Below are positions 55,801 through 64,000 of a stretch of DNA of 64,000 nt, piece by piece. The DNA is taken from positions 24,568,628 through 24,632,627 of the forward strand of contig OZ037767.1 of NCBI GenBank assembly GCA_964035545.1. The letters run 5' to 3'. Origin of the DNA: Bugula neritina. Lineage: Eukaryota > Animalia > Bryozoa. Position 1 is the stretch's first letter; the number at the start of each line of letters is the position of its first letter. The notes beneath the pieces are model-generated. The model saw only the letters and a list, made by a program, of their open reading frames with translations. It made no database searches and was not told the DNA's origin. A program made the position numbers and the translations under genes.

Positions 55801-58800
55801 AAAATAAAAAAAGTTGAATAAATCAACCGACCTATCTGTTCCATAAAAAATCTTCCAGAAATAGAATTAGTAGCGGAATGTGAAAGTTATTTGTGTTAAT
55901 TGTATGTTGCCTAATTTTACGAAGAACTTGTAGTTATACTAATGCCTATCTGCTATCTTGGACATCTACTGAAGCTTTCTCATGTTGAGCATATTATCTG
56001 TTTAGGGATTTAAGCCAAGCTCTGGCCAGGTGCAAGAGCTGAATTTCCGGAGTAATGTGAATGTGTGGGGATACTTCAGTGTTGCAGCATCTGGAGGTCT
56101 CCATGAGTTTGCTGACTCTCAGTTCGGTCACTGTTTCTCTTGGGGGGAGACCAGAGAGGAAGCCCGAGAGTAAGTGAATTATTCCATTGGTTCTCAAGCT
56201 ATCTATTTCTTTTGAATTGAAATGAGATATTTGCAACAGCTATGTATACTCACGCAAGTTTATTATCACTATCCCTGTGAGAAAGTCTCTAATAGAAGGG
56301 GTTTTTTGTTAACTTTTTGTTAACTTATTTACATGGGACACACCTATGTATACTGCTGGTATTTTATTGTCAGTAGATTTAGGATGGTTTTTCAGTGGCT
56401 GATATTTTTTCAAAGTTAATAATGCCACAGTGAGATTTAAACTTCAGGATATTTGTGAAGATAGGGTAGCTCTCTTAGCTATTCTATTACAGCGTGTGTT
56501 TGGTTCAGCAGTTGTTTTTTAACTCTGTGATGAAAACTCTATGAACTTTCTGTGTTTTGTTGTTTAGAAACCTGGTGGTGGCCCTGAAGGAGTTGTCTAT
56601 TCGTGGAGATTTCCTCACCACAGTGGAATACTTGATCAAACTTCTGGAAACTTCTAACTTCCAGGCCAATGAATTGGATACTGGCTGGCTAGACACCCTC
56701 ATCGCAGATAAAGTTAGTGCCTCGAGGATTTCTGGTTATCTTATTAATTCAATGCTTATTCAGCTTCCATTTTGCTCAACATACGATTGACTAACATTCA
56801 CTTTAACAATTGCTAAAAATAATTTATAGCAATGCTAATACTGTATAAAAATAAATTATTGAATATATGTTGCTGTTTATAGGTTCAGGCTGAGAAGCCT
56901 GACTTGGTGCTGTCAGTGCTGAGCGCTGCCTTGCATATTGCTGACAAGAAACTGACCACCAAACTGGAACTTTACCGACGATCGTTGGAGAGGTACGTAT
57001 GATTACTATAAAGTTAATTTTTAGTCTTTCACTGCAAACCATTATTGATGTGCCAGAATATTGAATATTTAGACTCTAGTATAATAAATGAATATAGCGT
57101 GTTTTAAATGTCATCTGTTTATTCTCTCAGCGAAACGCATGGCAAGAATAGTTATAGGAAATGCAAAACTGACTTCGGATTTTTTTAAAAATAAATTGAA
57201 CAGAGTTCAGATGCAGAATATGCGTGTTGTACAGATTGTGATGGTTTATAAATCAGTAACTAACGCATTCAGTCAGTTCTTGGTTGTAGTTTAATGCCTG
57301 CATGCAAGTGGGGCAATTCCCTGTGAGATATACAGTAGTGTGATGGGGGATGTTTGCGTGTGTTTTTGATTCACCTTCAAGATGTCTGCATTTCTACCGA
57401 TATTTCTGGCTGGTTTTATAAAATAGACTGTGCAGTGTGTAGTAAAACCTATGAATATATACCTATTACTGATATATCTAATCCTGCTATTCGAACAGGA
57501 CAGAGCGGAAATAGGTGAGACTGATATATCTGCTATTATATGTTGTGCTCTCTTGTAGGGGACAGTTACTTCCTACAGGAAGTCTAACCAACTCATGTGA
57601 CGTCGAGTTTATCCATGAAGGTATAAAGTATGAGCTAGTGGTCACTAGATCTAACCCTGATGCCTACCACGTCATTCTCAACAACAGCGCAGTTGATGTA
57701 GAAACTCACAGGCTTAGCGATGGCGGCATTTTACTGTCCTACTTGGGTAAGTTTTGAATTTTAGACTTTGGGCTTTACTCTGTATTAAATTGTTTGATAA
57801 ATATTGTATAAATATGTCTGATAATTGTTGTTTTCAATTAATAGTTCGTTTGATTGCTGTAAATTTTGCCTATATAAATTATTACACAACTAATAAGTAA
57901 GTAAGTAAATAAGTAAGTTCTTCAACAGTATGCAACATCTTGTACCTTGTGAAGCATAACAATTAAGTTTTATGAAAACAAACAGTAGCATAGCACTAAA
58001 CCATCACTTCTTGCTCTACTCTTCAGGTAGCAGTTACACTACTTATCTCAAGGAGGAAGTTGGCAGCTTCAGGGTGGTTGTGGGTAACCAGACGTGTGTC
58101 TTTGAGCAAGAGTCTGATCCCTCTGTACTCAGGTAGTTCACTGTAATTGGATAGTTACATGGCATACTGGTGCGGGCGGTATGTTCTGTAATGGTCATGG
58201 AAGATTGAGTCACTTGGTTGGTGTATATATGTATGCAGTGTTAACAAACAATGGCAACACCCAGTTGTAGTTGTTGGTGCACTTCTGTATCTAAATGCAG
58301 GTACCTAAGGTAGACTATTTTGTAAAAGTATTTAGGAGATGTCTCCCTTTTTGTTTTGTTATAGAAACACAGTAATATGTTATATATATATTGTAGAACC
58401 CCGACTGCAGGTAAGCTAGTTAACTACACGGTTGATGATGGATCTCATGTAGACGCTGGAAGTACATATGCAGAGATTGAAGTGATGAAAATGGTAATGG
58501 AGCTCAAGGTTACAGAGAGTGGAATGTGAGTTGTCTTACCATTCTACAACTGGTTTCATCACAATAATTTGCATTAATTTAGTATAGCTTGGCATCTACT
58601 CGTGTAATTTCATTTTATGATCCAAATGCAACTTGTGATGTCATTAAATATGTCACAATACTGCCAAATGCCCTTGTCTCTCGGTTAACTTAATTCTCAT
58701 ATGTATGCTTCTCTTATTCCGCCCCTTCCTGTGATTCGTTGATTTTTAACTAATTTGGTTTTTAATATAACTGCTCTTAGCTTCAATTAATCTATACGTG

Positions 58801-61800
58801 CTTTGGCTATACTATATTTGTTGTCCAGTTCTCACAATGTGTATGGATATTTTAGCATTCACTACGTAAAAAGAGCTGGTGCTGTGTTAGCTACAGGAAG
58901 TCTCATAGCTAAACTGGAACTGGATGATATAAATAAAGTGCAGAAGGTACTTTGTCAACTCACCAGTTCTAAACTATCTACTCTTCTATAATTTTGTTGT
59001 ATTTCTATTTCTTAACATCTCAAAAGTGTTTGATAAGTGTATATAATGCACATACATGAATTTTTTCAATGAAATGTGTTCCTAACAACGAATCTTTTCA
59101 GTTCATTTTCTCAAACTAGTTTAATTGAATATAAATATAAATACTACTTATTTTAAATACTCAGTTTGAATTACTGTAAATCTCTTTCCTCTGTATTCAT
59201 CTAAACATTTTAGTCCAAGAAATCAGAAAGCGTATTTCCAGAATTCAATTCATCGTCAATTGCCGGTGACAAGCTTCATCAAAGATTTGCAAAGGCTAAA
59301 CAAATTCTGCATGATTTTCTCAATGGGTATGCACTTCCGTCCCCTCATTATGAGCAGAGATTAGATGAAACCATGACTATGCTTACTAAATGTCTGAAAG
59401 ATCCCTCCTTACCACTACTAGATCTTCAGGTAACGAACTTTTTCTTGTAAACAACCAGGTTATGTTGGACTTGTAATCATGTGACGTAATTTCTTTCAAA
59501 GTCTTGTATAAAGCCTTGTTGGATTCAGGTTGTTTCAAGAAAACTGCTTATTTGGTTGAGTTTTACTAAAAATCTGTGTTAATATTGAAATTCAATAAAT
59601 TTCTAACATTTTAAATATTAATAATAATTTAGTAATTTAATTTAGCCATTGCAGTAAATTTTGAAATTAATATAATACAGAACAGGCTAGAAACAATAAA
59701 CATGCAGTCGTGTGCATATCTGCTTCACAACATATATATGCATGTTTGTGTAGGATGCAATGGCAATGGTGACTGGCAGACTGCCTGCTGTGGTAGAGGC
59801 CAACATCCGGCAGCTGATGTCACAGTACGCTAGCAACATAACCAGCATACTATCCAAGTTTCCTGCTCAGCAGATTGCCAGCGTCATAGACAGCTATGCT
59901 GCCACCCTTACCAGACGCGCTGACAAGGATAACTTCTACCTCACTTCCCAGGGTATTGTGGAGCTCATTAACAAGTAAGTGTCCCGTGATTTCGGTTAGC
60001 TTTTAAGTTCTTCTATTGGCCAAACTAGACATTGAGTTACTAGAATATTTTGTAACAGATATGCGAAATTGTGGCAGTAACAAAATAATCTCATAAGCAA
60101 CTCTGCTGTACTGCTCATTGTAATTTTCTAAAACTGAATGTTCGTCTGCTATGAAGTATAACATAAAATCTCTTGCTACCACCATTCATCTGTTGAACTG
60201 TTTTAAATGGATTGTGAAAATTAATCAAGTCAAGACGCATATTCATACAATGGCTTAGCAGGGCAACTGCTTATTTGATTGGTTAGTATAGCATTGCAGT
60301 ATGTGACATGTAAAGAGATTAACTTGTAACAAATATTGTACTTTATTCTGTTGCAGATATCGAAGCGGTGTCCGGGGTTTCACGAAGGCCATAGTAAGCG
60401 AGATGCTCTCCCAGTACCTGGATGTAGAAAAGAAGTTCCAGTTGGGCCACTTTGAAAAGTGCGTAGAGAAGATGTGTAAAGACATCGGGGACGTTGGTGA
60501 TGTTGTGCCGATGATTTTCTCTCATTCCCAGGTTCAGCGCAAGAACCAAGTGCTTATCATGATCATCGTGAGTACACAATGTATTATGTTGTGTGGTGAG
60601 ATATATCATTATAGCTTGACAATTTAGTTGGTCTGAATATAGAGTAGTAACACACTATTGGGAGGCGTAGTAACACACTATTGGGAGGCGTAGTAACACA
60701 CTGTTGGGGGCATAGTAACACACTATTTAAGGGTGTAGTAAGACACTATGGAGGGGCGTAGGAACACACTATTGAAGGGCGTAGTAACACACTATTTAAG
60801 GGTGTAGTAAGACACTATGGAGGGGCGTAGGAACACACTATTGAAGGGCGTAGTGACACACTATTAAAGGGCGTAGTGACACACTATGGTAGGGCGTAGT
60901 AATACACTATTGAGGGGCGTAGTGACACACTATTGCAGATTGTTATAACCCAGCATATTGTTGTAGAACCAGTTCTGTACTGGAGAAACTGGCAAAGTAG
61001 ACCCGGATTTGCAGTCTCTGCTCGATAAGATCGCTGCCTTGAACCAGAGTGAGAACAGCAAGGTATGCAGATACTTTCTTTGTGCAATACTTTATATTAA
61101 TCAGCGTGTGAGTTACCAACTCTTGTGTAAAATAATGTGGTTTGTGTAGGTGGCACTACGAGCCAGGCAGGTGCTGATGTGCACTCAGCAACCACCGTAT
61201 GATAGGAGGTACAACCAAGTGGAGAGCATCTTTCTCTCTGCCATCGACACTTACGGCCAGGAGTTCTGCCCTGAAAATCTCGAGGTAAGTTTTGCAGTTA
61301 TTGGTGATACACTGTGGTATTTAATATAAGTTATTTTGTACCAAAGTACAGTGTAGTATCTGGTACAGTGTAGCAGTTGCTAGAGTGTAGTGGTTTGTAC
61401 AGTGCAGTAGTTAGTACAGTGTGTTAGTAGATGGTGTGTAGTGTTAATACAGCGTGTTAGTAGATGGTGTGTAGTGTTGGTACAGTGTATAAATAGCTGG
61501 TGTGTAGTGTTGGTACAGTGTGTTAATGGATGGTGTGTAGTGTTATACAGTGCTACAGATATGTAGTGAGTGCTTGAAGCTGTTATAAGAAAGATTCAGT
61601 TAACCTGTCATCTATCTTGTATTTTATCTTTTAGAACCTCATCACATCCGAGACAGCCATGTTTGATGTCTTACCCGAGTTTTTCTATCACCACAATGAG
61701 ATTGTCAGAATGGCAGCTCTAGAGGTCAGTTGTAATTAATATCTACTGTTGACAATATTAATCTCCTGCTTTAGCTAACCAGTTGCAGCGTTGAGATGTT

Positions 61801-64000
61801 GCGTCTAATCGCCGTACCTTGTGTATACTATGTGATGTATAGTGAGGTCTCAACTTGCATCGTCTGTGTGTTACAGGTGTACATCCGGAGAGGTTACATT
61901 GCGTACGACCTCAACTGTCTCCAACACGTCCAGCTTCCAGACAACCTCTGTCTCATAGAGTTCCAGTTCCTTCTGCCTACCTCACACCCTAACAGGTTGG
62001 TAGTCCTCGCACTCTGAATCTGCACTTTTATTGGTTGACTTCTAATTACGGCCACCAATTGCACACTCTTGTTTTCTAGAAACCGTTTGCTTCTCACATA
62101 TTAAATTAGAGCCGAGTGTTTGTATTACTCATTCTTCTGTAATTACGCAATACTTGTATAGACCTAACTAATATGTGTTAGAGAAAGACAACTCTTAATC
62201 ATATATATACTGCATAGAGTTGTTTCTATTTATACTAATATTATTCACCTCTATTTTCCAAGCTTTGTGTAAGTGTTCTGTATTGTTACAAACAAACACT
62301 GTGTTTTTTATTTACTTTTTTTAACATTCAAGCCTTAGTTTCTAAATGGGTTGTTTTAGTTGTTTGTGGTGTTGTTGTGCTCCCCTCAATGTTGTAATGT
62401 AGCCATAATTTATTCAGGTCTAGGAATAGCTTGTGTCAAAGGTAAGAACACCTACTATCTGCTTAGCTTTCCTGTTCTCTCCGCACTATGACAGAGTTCT
62501 GTAGATAGAGTTACGCTGTTTAATGTTCATTTATTCTAAATTTTTCTCAACTTTTATATACGGATTTATGTTATTATTTAAATATGCAATCATCATACAT
62601 GGTTTATATAATCTCCATAGCCTTTTGATGATATTTTGGTTCATCTTTGTTCTAGTTTATTATTTTCAATTTGTTTTTCTTTTGGGCTGCTATTTGGTAC
62701 TCGAGTTCTTTTCAGTAATTATTATATAGTAACTCTACCTACAGACTCTGGGGCTATCTGCTAAACCTGGGGATATAAAACTGTGATACAAACTTTACTT
62801 CTTGCATTTAAGCATGCTAATATCATACCTACAGCATAGTTTGAAGCCTCATGGCACAAACTTTCCTAATGATAGGAGGGGGTGTAGTGGACGCCCCTCT
62901 CCTGATCAGCCAGTTAGACCCTGTGGGGACTAAACCCTATTGCAGGCAATTATTTAACCTTTTTTAAACATGCAGCTGATACCTGCACATCTACACTGAG
63001 TAGTGAAACAGATTAGTTTCACTCAGATATTTGTACAAGAAGTTAGTTAATTGTCTGCTTTCGTACCATTCACATGGTGTATGAATTGTTTTCAATTTTC
63101 CAAAGTGCATTTTCACTCATTACATGTTATAATTCCAACCTCTTCTACATTTATATCAATTATAAACAGTTTATAATGTTATAAGCGTTGCAAGGCAGTT
63201 GTTCCAATAATTCTTGTAGTATTTCTGTTGTGTTTATTAGTCAAAACATGGCCCTTTTTTTATGTTGAGTTTCTCTTTTGTGCTTTTGATTAACCAGCAT
63301 GTCAACTATGTTTTCCTACATTTTTCCTGTTAATTTTTTTGTTAGGACCATAAAATCAAGAAATTTGAGCGGCCAGTCGTTAAAAATGATGAGGTGAATT
63401 TGAGTGGGCATGAACACCTTGTTTGGTGGTTCCCAATGTCCTATAAGCAAGGCAGTTATCTTTCCTGCTACATGCTGAGCTTAACGCATGCAACTCAATG
63501 CTTCTCTCAGCATATAACTTAGCTCATGCATAATGCTTTGTAGTTGTCTTCCTTTTCTTCCATTGAAATTCCAGGGGTTGGTTAAGTAATTTTTGCTGCT
63601 ATAGTTGTGGTGGTTGCCGACAAATGTACTTCCTCAGGCTATGCCATGTCCAATCAGCTTAAAATTTGAAGTTCTTATGTCCACCAGTTGTTTTTCGAAA
63701 TGTTGATCTGTGCATCAGTTTTTCATTATGAGTTTTATTGAATTTCAATAGCCGTAAATTGAATCATGTTGATTAGTATCTGTTAAAAAAGTTGCTCTGC
63801 TGAATCATCTAGAAATGGAAAAAATAACACTAATATTATTAAAAAATTGGAATTGAAAGATGCTATAGGGATTGTCTCCTCACTCTTCATAATATAAGTA
63901 CCAATATAAGCCACATATAAGTGGCAATGCAATATATTTGTTCAAGTAACTTTCCTGCGAGTTACATTGGGTAGTAAAATGTGTAGTAAACACTGCATGA
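49849..64000 (+). CDS. ACC: Acetyl-CoA carboxylase (eukaryotic multidomain ACC): BC, BT, BCCP and start of central domain; 3' part outside window
   Basis: More than 20 GT-AG exons: [99 protein letters not shown], biotinylation motif EVMKM (~58479-58493), [24 protein letters not shown]. The ATG at 49849 is tentative. Confidence 0.97.
60645..60933. repeat. Minisatellite, 22-23-bp unit (gtagtaacacactattgaagggc), ACC intron
   Basis: About 13 tandem variant units with no unique spacers. Confidence 0.93.
61345..61570. repeat. Degenerate tandem repeat (gtgtagtgttggtacagt-type), ACC intron
   Basis: Imperfect tandem units. Confidence 0.75.
62418..62441 (+). CDS. Candidate 24-nt ACC micro-exon (SRNSLCQR)
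   Basis: ttattcag|GTCTAGGAATAGCTTGTGTCAAAG|gtaaga; phase 2-2, in frame after HPNR. Confidence 0.7.
63346..63393 (+). CDS. Candidate 48-nt ACC cassette exon ([16 protein letters not shown])
   Basis: Long U-tract + ttag|...ATGATGAG|gtgaat; phase 2-2, no stop. Confidence 0.55.

Noticed and set aside
60645-60933. CRISPR-like appearance of regularly spaced repeats
   Set aside because: Contiguous tandem units with no unique spacers, inside a eukaryotic intron, no cas genes; a minisatellite.
62744-62781. Third candidate ACC cassette exon
   Set aside because: In-frame TAA in the required phase and a weak donor.

Overview
AT-rich, intron-dense eukaryotic (metazoan, probably invertebrate) genomic DNA, not prokaryotic; most ORFs in the track are spurious or exon fragments, so gene models were built by hand from GT/AG sites and codon phase. 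Left to right: a small unrecognised PPxY-motif gene (-) head-to-head with an AMBRA1-like WD40 gene (+, 3984-13021); a PIF/Harbinger-type MITE; a cluster of four minimal matrix metalloproteinase (matrixin, M10A) paralogs arranged +/-/+/- (15.9-33.4 kb); a gene-poor repeat-rich spacer; an unrecognised putative membrane-protein gene (-); an intronless MAD2L2/REV7 CDS (+); and the 5' part of acetyl-CoA carboxylase (+, running off the window). The most striking system is the MMP cluster. All four keep the catalytic HExGHxxGxxH and Met-turn but have no hemopexin domain and lack the conserved structural-zinc histidines. Three share a new co-occurring cysteine pair (candidate disulfide), and their cysteine switches are progressively eroded. 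Also notable: a 24-nt ACC micro-exon at the position of the mammalian ACC1 8-aa alternative exon, a GC-AG intron, and a stop-free 330-nt minisatellite intron in AMBRA1.
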